Positions 28,703 through 41,211 of a stretch of DNA of 64,000 bases are shown here, in pieces. The notes under the pieces are model-generated. The model searched no databases and was not told the DNA's origin. It saw nothing but the letters and a program-made list of their open reading frames with translations. The translations under genes were made by a program, and so were the position numbers. The stretch comes from Balanoglossus misakiensis. Its lineage: Eukaryota > Animalia > Hemichordata. Location: assembly GCA_040954595.2 (NCBI GenBank), contig CM082589.2:5036213-5100212 (forward strand). Reading direction: 5' to 3'. Each line of letters opens with the position of its first letter. The stretch's first letter is position 1.

Positions 28703-29480
28703 TCTATACTATTATGATCGAAATCTGTCACGTACGCAGGCATCGTGTGTAGCCGCATGTAACTTTCTGCCTTTTTAGCCTAAATTTGTGTTACAACATC
28801 TATATTTGTGAGAAAAACGACATAGGCCTATATAGATTTGTGAGCAATAAATCCCGACGAATAACATCCACAGTCCCTCCGTTAGTCAGGTGGAGATTTG
28901 AGAAATTGTGACCCCCTCTGGCATTTTTTGGTACAAGCAAACCAAATATGTTTTTTGGTCAATTCGACTACGCTGATTTCGAAAATGCCTGTTCCCAAAA
29001 GATCTTTTTGAGATAAGAGCCTCGTTTTGGCAAATCAAATATGGCCGCCAAGGATCGCAATTCTCACATGAATAGCATCAAAGAAATGTTCACGTACCTC
29101 CTTAAACAATGAAAATAAAATACATGTTTACAACAACAACGTTTTTGGTTGTATAAACACAAACTAGCAACAATAAAACAATAATTATGCAAAAATTTGC
29201 ATATTGTATGAATAATTCGTTGATTTTTGGCTAACAAATAATAATAAAGCTAGGTGTAACAGTACATGTACTAAAAACTCACAATCATTGGAAAAAAAAT
29301 ACCTTTTCTTTATTTTAATAAAGGACTTAAACCTTGTTCAAAACAACACTTCAAGTGTGAAGTTCATTTTGAGATAAGAGCCTCGATGTGGCAATTCAAT
29401 ATGGCCGTCTAAAGCCCTGTAGTGGAGCGGCCAAACCCTAATTTTCATAGCGATTGTGCATTTTGTGATATAAGCACCAA

Positions 29481-31643
29481 ACTTGGCTCAGATGTGTGTT
29501 AATGTGTACTAAAAAATTCAGATAGGGAGCCACTAAATATCTGTTGATGAGTTTCCATGGCAACCAATTTTTCAAAATGGCCACCAATACAGATAATTTC
29601 ACCCACCAAATAACATCTGTAAACACCAAAATAAATTTAGATTACTATATTTGATACAAGGAACTGTGGAAAGAATAATTTGCAAAGATATTATGGTTAC
29701 TAAACTACTTATAGGGGTAAGTAAGTTATCAAAACACAATTTAAAGGCACAACTTTTAATCCCTTTCGGATTAATAGGTGCTCCTCGAAGTCAAACCATA
29801 CTGTCTATGGTCAAACATTAGGCTAATTGCGATATTTAACTTGCAGTTACGGAGTACGTAAATTACACATATGAATCACAACAGTTTACCACCTTAGCTA
29901 ATGATAATCATATAAACAGATCACCGATATATTCGAATTGCACACGGATGTGGGCTTGGCTTACTCGTGACTGGTAAAATTTCCTTATCAACTTGATAGG
30001 AGAGTCCACTGCCCGAAATAGACGTTGATTCAAACTGAGTCCGCGGTCGTCACGTTTATTGGTCGACAGACATAGGGCCTCAAACGCAATGCAATCTAAA
30101 TGGACCCCGGGTAACGAACCACGCGGCTTTGTTTCGACCACAATCGCCACCGCAGCGTTGACAACGTTTTTTCGGGGCGTTGATGTTTTTCAAAATGCCA
30201 TAGGAAATTAAAGAAACTTAAGTCAAATTGCTGAAACGTTAATAATCGACCATATGTCTTGATACTTTAGATCATGTATCAGTTCCACTCCAGCAATTTT
30301 GGCGACTGTTAACAGAGTTGACCAAAAGATAAATGGTGTCTATGATTCCAAACTCATAAAAATTACACCGGAGGACACAGCATTATTTTATTTGTCGAGA
30401 ATAGTGTCCATCATGCCATAAATATTGTCAAAAATGTGTGTTAATTATAGAAACCCAACTAAATATACAAGCAGTTGGCCTTTAGTTTGGTAAATGGAAA
30501 AACAGGTCTTATTGCAATTTTCTGGGATTAGGTGCCCCAAGGCTCCCAACAAGTCACTTGGAATGTACTTCCATTCTAATATCTTAATGTGTAAAGATCT
30601 GACTTTGCAAGAGATATTACGGAAAACTTCATTTCATTTAATAGCATGAAGTAAGCGAAATCTTACTCTTTACAGAAAAGCTGTGATCCTGAAGACCTTT
30701 GGTGTTTTGAAGCTTATTTTCACTTTATCATTTTATTCTTTGATTTTGGGGGTTCAAAAATACACAAAATAACATGTCAAAATAGAACTGCTGACTATCA
30801 TCAAGGTGCGATTAAAATTATCGATAACATGAGCAATACAAAGCACTTCAAGCGACTTCATCAAAACGCTTTCCGAAGGACAAGTATTGGATGAAAAGTT
30901 TGAAACAGATTTTGATTTTGATTCCTAACATCTATCTATGTACATGCACCCTAGACATAGTTTGTTTCTATAGTAACTTTAACAAACCAATCGACTGTCA
31001 TGATACTTGCTTTCTGCCATCATTTTATGGGGAAGTGATTCTTTATTTGCATGAATCATTTGATGAAGATAAAATAGAAAAGCTGGATTCTGCACTGATT
31101 GAAACTGGTCAGATCAATTTATAAGGTTGAGAAACAAGATGCCGTTTTTTCCTGGGTTGACTAAATTTGGAATTTTGTTCATCAAAGATATTTTTATGGG
31201 GAAAATAACGAATCAACTGAGCTTTACTTGTTAAACTTTTATCACAAAATGCCCAAATGTTACGAAAATTGTGTTTATGCCAGGCCACTATTATAATATA
31301 TATATATGGTTATACAGTGTTTTAACTAAGTTTGTTGTAACCGGGGTTATTACCAAACTTGAATTTCTTTAGCGACTGAATCTCGATCCTGTATTTACCC
31401 CTATAAGTAGTTTAGTGATGATATATATTTTGAAAATTACTCTTTGAGCAGTTTCTTGTTTCAAATATTGTAATATGAATTTATTGTGGTGTTTTATAAT
31501 TGTTATTTTGTTGGTGAGATTATCTGTATTGGCGGCCATTTTGAAAAAAATGAAAAAATGGTTGCCATGGAAACTCATCAACAGATATTGTGGCTCGCTA
31601 TCTGAATTTGTTTAGTACACATTAACGCACATCTGAGCCAAGT
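29481..31643. repeat. Internal ~240-bp inverted repeat pair (29481-29720 and 31395-31643)
   Basis: ACTTGGCTCAGATGTG...AATATCTGTTGATGAGTTTCCATGGCAACCA...ACTAAACTACTTATAGGGGTAA has its reverse complement at 31395-31643. Confidence 0.85.
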
Positions 31644-32224
31644 ACGACACCCAAGTGGATTAAACATACATGTATATATGTTGCCTCACTGACACAATGT
31701 TCACTTTGCACACAGTATCATATATAAAAACGTAATAAAAATACACATTACTCTTTACTTATGAAGAGAAATTGTTGTTAGAGACCGGGTTTCAAAAAAA
31801 CACCGAGGACGTCGGGCCATCAGTGTGCATTCAACGTCTTATAACTAAGCATGAATATACGGTGCTGGCATAATGTGAGTGTGGCCATATGATGCTTTCG
31901 CTATTAATGAACAACTTGTACGTTAACAAATGCCGGTTTTGTTGGCAAAAATTATGTTTTTGGCTTTTCACAACATTGAACATACATTCATAGTTCAATA
32001 ACTTGTGAATTGTGGACCTAAACGTTCATACGTTCAATGTTCTGGTGTTTTTTAACGGAGCGATCGGTCACGATGTTACCAACGAGCATGTACAGTCTAA
32101 ACTAAATCCTCGTTGTGTATGTTTATTTGTTTGTTTTTGTTGTTTTTTACATGCTATTACATGTACATACAAATATGAAAAGTTTCATTTCAGTTATTCA
32201 TTAAAATGCAAACATTTGCCAAAA

Positions 32225-32710
32225 AACATGTGAATAGACACCTCACAGGCCAGAGTTGTATCATTAGCTTTCAGTTGTCAATTTTAGCATGACATCATGA
32301 CTAATTAAGCTAATTTTGCATATTTTCCATGCTGCACCTTGTCTGACAAGGTAAACGATTGCATATTTGAATTCCTTGACCCTGAAAACATTGGAATAGA
32401 CACCTCACTTAACACCGTTGGCTCTCTTTTGTAGACCATTGATTTTAGATGGGCGTGTCACCTGTGACAACAACATGTGAATAGACACCTCACAGGCCAG
32501 AGTTGTATCATTAGCTTTCAGTTGTCAATTTTAGCATGACATCATGACTAATTAAGCTAATTTTGCATATTTTCCATGCTGCACCTTGTCTGACAAGGTA
32601 AACGATTGCATATTTGAATTCCTTGACCCTGAAAACATTGGAATAGACACCTCACTTAACACCGTTGGCTCTCTTTTGTAGACCATTGATTTTAGATGGG
32701 CGTGTCACCT
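32225..32710. repeat. Tandem duplication with a 247-bp period (2 essentially identical copies)
   Basis: AACATGTGAATAGACACCTCACAGGCC starts at 32225 and 32472; both copies end GATGGGCGTGTCACCT. Confidence 0.95.
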
Positions 32711-33769
32711 AATTAACATAAATTAGCATTTTTACCAATTCACCAAATGTTTCTAAATTAAAAAAATTGTGTAAAAATATTTAAATGATATAAGAATATG
32801 ATTTCAATAGACTATTATGGTGTTGACCTGTGATATTGCACCATAATGGCTACAAACAGCGTTTTCTTTTAGGTATTTCTAAATTATGACGTCACAAATT
32901 AATTTGCCATTTTCGACATGAAAACGTGAAAAGAATTTTTGGGAACAGGCAAATTCGAAATCAGCGTATTCGAAATATCCAAAAACAACTTGTTCCCAGC
33001 TTGTACCAAAAAAATGAATGACATGCTTTTAAAATGCTCATTTTCTGAAATTTCCACCTGGACCTGATTAACATAAATTAGCATTTTACCAATTCACAAA
33101 ATGTTTCTAAATTAAAAAAATTTGTTTAAAAATATTTAAATGAATATAAGAATATGATTTCAATAGACTATTATGGTGTTGACCTGTGATATTGCACCAT
33201 AATGGCTACAAACAGCGTTTTCTTTTAGGTATTTTGAAATTATGACGTCACAAATTAATTTGCCATTTTCGACATGAAAACGTGAAAAGAATTTTTGGGA
33301 ACAGGCAAATTCGAAATCAGCGTATTCGAAATATCCAAAAACAACTTGTTCCCAGCTTGTACCAAAAAAACGAATGACATGCTTTTAAAATGCTCATTTT
33401 CTGAAATTTCCACCTGGACCTAATTAACATAAATTAGCATTTTACCAATTCACAAAATGTTTCTAAATTAAAAAAATTGTTTAAAAATATTTAAATGAAT
33501 ATAAGAATATGATTTCAATAGACTGTTATGGTGTTGACCTGTGATATTGCACCATAATGGCTACAAACAGCGTTTTCTTTTAGGTATTTTGAAATTATGA
33601 CGTCACAAATTAATTTGCCATTTTCGACATGAAAACGTGAAAAGAATTTTTGGGAACAGGCAAATTCGAAATCAGCGTATTCGAAATATCCAAAAACAAC
33701 TTGTTCCCAGCTTGTACCAAAAAATGCCTGACATGCTTTTAAAATGCTCATTTTCTGAAATTTCCACCT
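32707..33769. repeat. Tandem array of 3 x ~355-bp units forming the subterminal end of the foldback element
   Basis: ACCT(A/G)ATTAACATAAATTAGCATTTT starts at 32707, 33062 and 33418; the units are nearly identical. Confidence 0.95.
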
Positions 33770-34976
33770 GACTACGTGTGCGGAGGGACATTTCTGTGTC
33801 ACGGTGTGGGGAAAAGCGCCCTCACAATTGTGTTCGTAAACGTTCCATTCGTAAACATATCAGTACGAGATCCCAACCTCCCCCCAGTGTCAATTATCCA
33901 TGTTAAAATACATGCTTCAATTGCAAAGCTAGAATTATCCATGCATTGCCACAGCTATCGAGAAAACGATTTGACCTATGAGGTTGTTTATTGCATACTC
34001 CGACGGTTTACGGAATCAAGAAAATGACCCACTATAGCCTATTCAGCGACAAAGTCGTTTGAATCACATTTACAGTGTATTCCACGAAGAGGAATTCAAC
34101 AACTGTTAATAAGCTCTTCCTGCAGGCTACTAGAACCTATGAAACGCCTGATACCACCTGATACATTGTGTACAACTTTATTTCACTAAAGGCCATCTTT
34201 AAAGTGTACTTCACAGACAATTCTCAAAATAGGGAACATCTGCCACACGGACAGTATTTTGCCGTTATTAATTTTAAAACGGGACAAAGTGGAGACCGAT
34301 AATCAATTGGACAGACGTTTACCATCGTCAAGGTCAGAAAAAATTACAGGCTCTATTAGGGCGCGTCACGGCATCAAGGCAATTATACGCCCACACCGGC
34401 TGTTGAACGTCAACTTGTTGAAAGCCAGCCTTTTCGAAAAATCACCCTTTTCACGCAAAGCCGATTTTCTTTTTTTTAAACGATCACATCAGTAAACAGA
34501 TGCAACCTATGTCTTTGGGAGAAATATTTTATCATATGCAAACCGAAACAGGTCACCCTCAACAAACGTAACGAACTCGTCAGCACATGTCGTCACTCCA
34601 GCAAATTCCTCCTAAAGAATTTCAAAACCTAGCCAATTAACACTACCCACCCAGCCCCTTTCAATATTCACTGCCATTCAAATGACCAAACGATGCATGG
34701 CAGTTCTTTCCAAGCCGCGAACAACTTTTATCCGACATTGACTTTATATATGCATGTATATATTCGGTTGAGTATCATCCAGATTTTTCAATTTTAGAAT
34801 AATAACAAAGATAAGTGTACATGTACATGTACATGTACAATCATGTACGTCACTCTCTAAACAGCAGAGTTCAATAACAAAATTAGACAATACAGTTCAT
34901 AGATGACCTTTAATGAAGTATAATAGTACTACCTTGAGCCATTGATTACACCGGTGGTAGCATATGCCTACAGTAA

Positions 34977-35716
34977 GGGAGCATTCGTTTTTTACAGGGA
35001 GGGGGGGGCCGGTGGAATTTGAGTCGCCGACTAAACGTAAAAGGCAACCCCCCCTGGAAATTACTTTTCTAAAATATGACCCCCCCCCCCCCAAAAAAAA
35101 AAAAGTTTATCCACCGGATTAAACTTATCATGGACACAGCGCTCCCATGAAAAGAATTTGAAACCGATGTTTCCCCTCATCAGTGGGTAGTAAAACTGAA
35201 CATTTATTTTTTATTTTTTAAGTATTTGTATTCTGTGTTGGGAGACATTGTAAACCGAGAATTGAAGGGGGTGGGTTTGGGAGGGGGTGTCCCCCTCCCA
35301 CATAAGAAAATTTTATAAAATACAGAGCTCAAAGCTGCATTTTAATGAACCCAGCAAAAGCAAATTAACGTCGCCGCTAAAAGTTATCATGGGGTGGGGG
35401 CAAGTCCCCTGACCTGGGACACAAGATAAACCTGTCAATGATTGAAAGGTGTTGATGAATGGAGGGGGTGGGTGTGGGAGGGGGTGTCCCCCTCCCACAT
35501 AAGAAAATTTTGTAAAATAAAGGACGCGAAACTGCATTTTTGTGGACTCAAAATAAATATTTAGCCGTCAAAGTTTTCAAGTCCCCCCCCCTTTCAGTCC
35601 CTATATAATAATCCCTTGATTATAAAATTTGTCCCCCCCTAAAAACTGCTTTGTAAAAGTAAACCCCCCCCTGATTTCCACCGGCCCCCCCCTCCCTGTA
35701 AAAAACGAATGCTCCC
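34977..35716. mobile_element. 740-bp PIF/Harbinger (Tourist-like) MITE
   Basis: Perfect 41-bp TIR GGGAGCATTCGTTTTTTACAGGGAGGGGGGGGCCGGTGGAA; TAA TSD at 34974-34976 and 35717-35719; internal ~50-bp direct repeat near 35266 and 35464. Confidence 0.92.
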
Positions 35717-36794
35717 TAATGTCAGCGGAACGATGAATTTGTTCGCAATTATTCATGCGGATGTAGCGCGTGTGATTCAGCGATAATTTCTTCGAAGTTG
35801 ACTAGGTCGTCGACTCGAGACAACCGGAAAGGAATCAGAAACTGCCAAAGCTCCCGGTGGTAAAGGTTATTTCCTCCTTTGAAATTGCCCTTCAATTTCA
35901 CTTGCAGGAAATTCGCTCTGCTGACAAGTGAATCGCGGCCGGGCCTTCGTGCTTTCATTGATCTGATTGGCGAAAGTAGTTCGCCTGGCGTCAATTGCCG
36001 ACGCATGTATACATATGATTGAAAAATCAAACAAGTCGTCGAAACATGAGATGCCAATTTTCATATATATTTTTTCAACGATAAAATACTTCAATATTCT
36101 CCGTACCCTTTGAAATCATCCCCATTAAGCCATATTTCCTGCATGTATATGCATCCTGGTGCATAAATGATTTTTGTAAGTCGATGGTCCGATCAAAGTT
36201 TTCACTATACGACGGGTAATAAGCTTAAGTGTTTAAGCATGAGGCGCTGACTTTTGTGAGAGTTCCAAATGTTACCAACATAGCCCTAGACCATACAGGG
36301 CCACCTTTAAATATGATGCAACTTATCTGGAAGAACCAGCGGCAAAATTTCCATCATTGGGTGAGGTACAGGTATATTTAATCCTTCACACTGACAAGGG
36401 CCGCATACTGATTTCGGTATTAATCTCTATCCCAGACATGTAATCTTTCTGTCGGAGAAAGTTGTGAAAATGTTTTGTAACGAAATCTGTGAAACTAAAA
36501 TATATCGAGGCTATACCACCTAATTCAATAAACATCATTACTTTCTTATGACGGTTCCGTTTGTACGTGCATTTTGAGTACAGACTGATACATTTCTAAT
36601 AGTTTCTCTCAGCCTATTTTGACATTTAGCTTAACTTCGCAGGTTATTATCCCTAAAGCTGTTATTTTCTTCTCAAATGTTAAATGTTCACCTGGAACGT
36701 GGGAGAGACTCACGCGCATGCGTGGCCACTTCGGAAGACCCTCAATGTTCTGACTTAAACACCTTGCTTCATCGGACTTCATCCAGTCGCCAAT

Positions 36795-37886
36795 ATGAAT
36801 TCGACAACTCCAAGAGTTTGCGAGGGCATTGAGTCTTTGTCGGATTCAGGTTTTGTCGATAAAGGGCGGGAAATCGTCGTCCTTGTGGCCAGTAGCCTGA
36901 CAGCTACGGGTTGCTTGGTCGCCAGCGCAATCTTACTAACTATAATCATTATCGTGGGAAGTATCGGTAACGGAGTTGTAGTGTTTGTACTTTTTGGTGT
37001 TAAGAAGATGCGTATCCCTCCGAACATACAACTGGCAAGCCAGGCTGTGATAGATTTGGCAGTCTGCGTTGTGGCAGCACCCATACGACTGTACAACATA
37101 GTGAGAGTACTGAATGGTACTTATGATGTATGCTCCCAGCATATTCGCATCCTTTGCTACATAGAAATGTTCTTCATCCGTGCTTTCTTTGTGGCATCAC
37201 TGTTGAACTTGACCATGATTAGTATCATGCGTCTGATCATCGTGAAAGGCCACAGACAAGGGAGCAAATCCACGGACAAGGTAATCGTTGTCGTCCTCAT
37301 GTGTGTATTGTGTGGTATGGGAAATGGTGCGTACACCGTTACTACTGGACCCGACAGGGTGTGTATGCTTTTCTTCGCCGAGAAAGATGCGGTTGAACAA
37401 CCCCTGCCCGGCTTCGTTCCCATTCTGTGCTTTGTGGGATTTCTGATAACGAGCGTCTGCTACGGACTGATTTACAAGGAGGCCAGGCGATCGAACGCAG
37501 CAGTCCACTCACATAGTAACCAATCGCAGAATCACGACAGTACCCAAGGCCAAAGTTTGGCGACCACGCGTATTTGTGTTGCCCTAGTGGCGTCCTTTTT
37601 TATTTTATACTTTCCTGTTATTGCGGCATACGTAGTTTACCTGGCGACCGGCAGATCTTCTGCAAGAGACCCCTACATCGTTAATCTAGCGTTCACAGTC
37701 ATTTTGGCAGATAGTGCATTGAATCCATTATTGTTTAGCTTTCAATCAAAAAGAATCATACCCACACTCAGGGAAAACATTGGCACCTGGTGCGGGTCTT
37801 CAAATACAGTTACACCTATAGTAGCTCAAAACAATTTGCCGGTTGTCTGTAACAACTTGCAGATACCAACTCCAAGTTGTGTATGA
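36795..37886 (+). CDS. Intronless orphan rhodopsin-like (class A) GPCR, 363 aa
   Basis: Seven hydrophobic segments; TM1 GSIGN, TM2 LASQAVIDL, TM3 Cys and SLLNLTMISIMR, TM5 CYGLIY, TM6 FFILYFP, TM7 SALNPLLF. Confidence 0.92.
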   Translation: MNSTTPRVCEGIESLSDSGFVDKGREIVVLVASSLTATGCLVASAILLTIIIIVGSIGNGVVVFVLFGVKKMRIPPNIQLASQAVIDLAVCVVAAPIRLYNIVRVLNGTYDVCSQHIRILCYIEMFFIRAFFVASLLNLTMISIMRLIIVKGHRQGSKSTDKVIVVVLMCVLCGMGNGAYTVTTGPDRVCMLFFAEKDAVEQPLPGFVPILCFVGFLITSVCYGLIYKEARRSNAAVHSHSNQSQNHDSTQGQSLATTRICVALVASFFILYFPVIAAYVVYLATGRSSARDPYIVNLAFTVILADSALNPLLFSFQSKRIIPTLRENIGTWCGSSNTVTPIVAQNNLPVVCNNLQIPTPSCV

Positions 37887-40800
37887 AATAATGAAAGAAC
37901 ACTTAAGTGAATTTTGACATATTTTCATGTCCGGATCCTATTTTTTAACGTGGTGTATAATAACCACACTCTGTGATGTACAGATACATGTACATGCACA
38001 ACTTAATGCTCTAGCTCACATATTCACACACATGAGCTGGTCCATAATATTCTTATTTTATGCTTTTCCAACACAGAGTTCACAGAAATAATTTATTTGT
38101 GAATAAAAAATACTATTTTAGTGATGTTTTTTCGTCAAGAAACCAGCAGTTGGATTGTAAGGATTAGAGTTATGGCGATATAAATGGCGGATGAATACAC
38201 TTGGGTCAATGTGAAGAGGAGCACTGACGAACTGCGAGTACCATGTCACACCTTGTTGATAGCCATGCGGCTCTATGGATCAGTGCAAGTAAGCCGAAGC
38301 GTTGTTATCGCCCGATTTACGTCATCAGTTTTGATTCAGGCGACGACGACGTTGGTACCTGATGTTGAACTTTGTACATAACTTTCAAAGTTTTTATCAA
38401 TTTACATTTTCGCGTAGCTTCTTTATCAAAGTCAAGGTGAAATGCGGCCGCCGTGATTTTACATTTGTGTACACTATAGACTGTCTGTCACTTGTTCCGG
38501 TTAGGTCAAACGTTTGTCAGTTCGTGATTACATTTTCAATTTTATACGTGTTGTATCTTTAGCTATCCATTGTGTTTCATGGTTCGTAATTTTAATGCAG
38601 TGAGAAATAAAACAGTGTTTCATGGACAAGGGCGTGGCGTGATTGTTTCTCCCCCGGGCCCTTTCCCATTGCTGTCGTCGATTCGAAAGTAGTTCCGGGT
38701 GAATTTGCTGACGGTTCTGCGGTCCATATTGAACGACAAAGTAGTAGAGCGTATCTACTAGAGAAATTGATATTATAGTTGTGCAACAGCTGAATATTGG
38801 GGTCTGAGTTCAAAGAATGACACAGGCAATTATTTTAAGATAGAGGAATCAGTTTATGTACGTACATGTACTATGTATGTATGTGAAACATCCTGGTCTA
38901 CAGTGGTCTTTTTTATGTATGCTAATAAAATCTTTGGCGTTAACAATGCCAAGTATGAATCGTATTGATTGAATACGCACAAAGCCGTTGAAGTGTTCAC
39001 TTTTAACTCTTCTGTACTTATATGGATACGTACGTTTTAATCACCGCTCGGGATGCCTATCGTTTTCTGCGAAAAATCATCATCCCATGTCTGTTTAATG
39101 TAGAGTCAGGGGGTGAATTTGACCTTGAGCAAACGTACATAGAGAATCAGCCTTGTAAAATCGTTTGGACTAGACGAAAAACAAACCGTTGAAAATGTTG
39201 GCAAATCTTCCACATTATGTAAATCTGGTGGATAAGAAAGTTCGAAGTCCGGAAGACAAATGGATTAGGCTGTGTCCACCCGCCCGGCCCTTTTGTGACC
39301 CGATGCAATATGGCCACCGGTAGGCCATTTTAAAACATTTTTTTTTCATGTCCAGAGCCATTAATAACAGGCTTACACATAATCATGTGAGTCAATTATG
39401 TGGTTCTCTCGCAATGTTTTATTTGAAGACGCAACACATAGCCAATGATGTTAACGTTACAAAAGTTACAATTTTTGTTAATCTCTGCAAAAGTTTCATA
39501 GAAAGCTTGGCTCTCTTCTCAAGTCTCATGAGATCTCGTACTGAGTTGAAAATAATCTATTGAAATGGCGGCCATATCTGTAAGAGATGCGAAATGGCGT
39601 TGTGAGAGGACATAAAATGTACAAGCGTCACCGTACAAACGAACCAGAACTCCCCTCCCATAGCACCCAGGGCTAATTATGGCTAAGCACACACCACCTC
39701 GGCTTAAATATCAGCGTGCTTTGAGCACTGGGGATCTGGCAAGATCACTTTTCATCGAATCCCCCTCCCAACTTATCTCAAACAGCAAAAGTAATATCTT
39801 TGGCTTTGCAGAGAAAATCGAACTTAAGGCAACCATATGAACATCTATGCCATATCGAGATTGATTTCTTCACCTTTTAAAAATTGCAAGGTGAACAATT
39901 CTTTCTTAAGGCATTTAATAACAAGTAAATGGTAGTCGGCGACCATGCTAACAAAATAAGATGAATTTTGAAATATCATAGAGTAACGTAGTTTAACACC
40001 CGATTCAGACATAGTAAGGTTGAATTTGTAGTCATTTCGATTTGATTTTAACATTTTCGACCAACTTCTTAATACATGTTTGTTTTTGAGCCTGAAGTGA
40101 TGTGTTTTGCAAATCTGCAATTTTCCTGGATTTATCCTTGGTAGTTCTGGCGTGCATTATTTGCCACGCCAGACATCCCTGTCATATTGTAGTGTGGGAA
40201 ATCGGTGGACTGTGACGTCATTCTCGTCACTTACATCATCTTCTCTCAATCTTTTGAACAAGTCGAAGCAGTTCATACTGTTGTCCAAACGTTTTCATGC
40301 CTCAGTCAGTTCGCAATGTACAAAAGTCTACACTGTAAGTGGTGTATAGTACAACAACTGATAATTGATTCGCCCATCATGCGCAAGGGTGTCAAATTTT
40401 AATTTCAAAGCGTTAGGCTACATACTGAATTGATGTAAAAAGTGTGTCCTGTGCAAACTAAACCCAGCCAATCGGCTACAATGTACTGCAAAACTGTACT
40501 AAGCAAATTGACTTCATCATATCGACACTCAGACAAGTAAAATGACTTCTGCTTGTATTAAACTGAAATCGTGGATAGGAACTCAATCAATTTATCTTCA
40601 AGAAGTGTGAATGCAAACACACGTCTGTAAGGCAGCAAGTAGCAAGCCGATGAATCTGCCCTGGGCATTTCCTTTCATGATATATTAAAACAACACTTGA
40701 TCACGTTGTCGTGGTAACGTACCAGCAAATTAATCAGCAGAATTGGCATCAAGATAAGGGGCATGACAAAGGTCCTGTAGTGCATGGTCTGTCTTTTGAT

Positions 40801-41211
40801 CGAACTTGTATCATCACTGGTACTAGTTCTGATCAAAATTGAAATTGGTCTCCCTATCTTAAAACGTTTTTGCTACCTTTGGTACCCTGCAGTCTTATTA
40901 CTTTCAGTATTTTAATGGACAGATCCATGTCCAAGAAAATGGTAACAAAAGGAGTCAAAGCCAGAAGGTGTTCAATCATTGTCAATTTATTTATCATACA
41001 TTGTATAAGTTGTTTCAAATACATATCTTTATGTAATGTAATGTCTCTGATCAGTTGTGTTTGCCTATAGAAATCACTTACACAGAATTTGATGATCATA
41101 AATGCTTCTTTTCAGTAATCTGTCTGCCTTCTCTCATACACTGTAGAAGTTGTTTCAAATAAATATATTCGATATGTGATATAGTGTCTTTGATCACAGT
41201 GATCACATGCA

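Larger units (their letters stand above)
28873..33789. mobile_element. ~4.9-kb non-autonomous foldback-type DNA transposon region with long imperfect terminal inverted repeats
   Basis: 28873-~29000 (GTCCCTCCG..TAGTCAGGTGGA...GGCATTTTTTGGTACAAGC...TACGCTGATTTCGAA...GCCTGTTCCCAAAA) matches the reverse complement of ~33650-33789. No transposase ORF seen; TSD not resolved. Confidence 0.7.

Noticed and set aside
32225-33769. Possible CRISPR-like array
   Set aside because: Units are 247-356 bp tandem copies with no unique spacers, and the context is eukaryotic.
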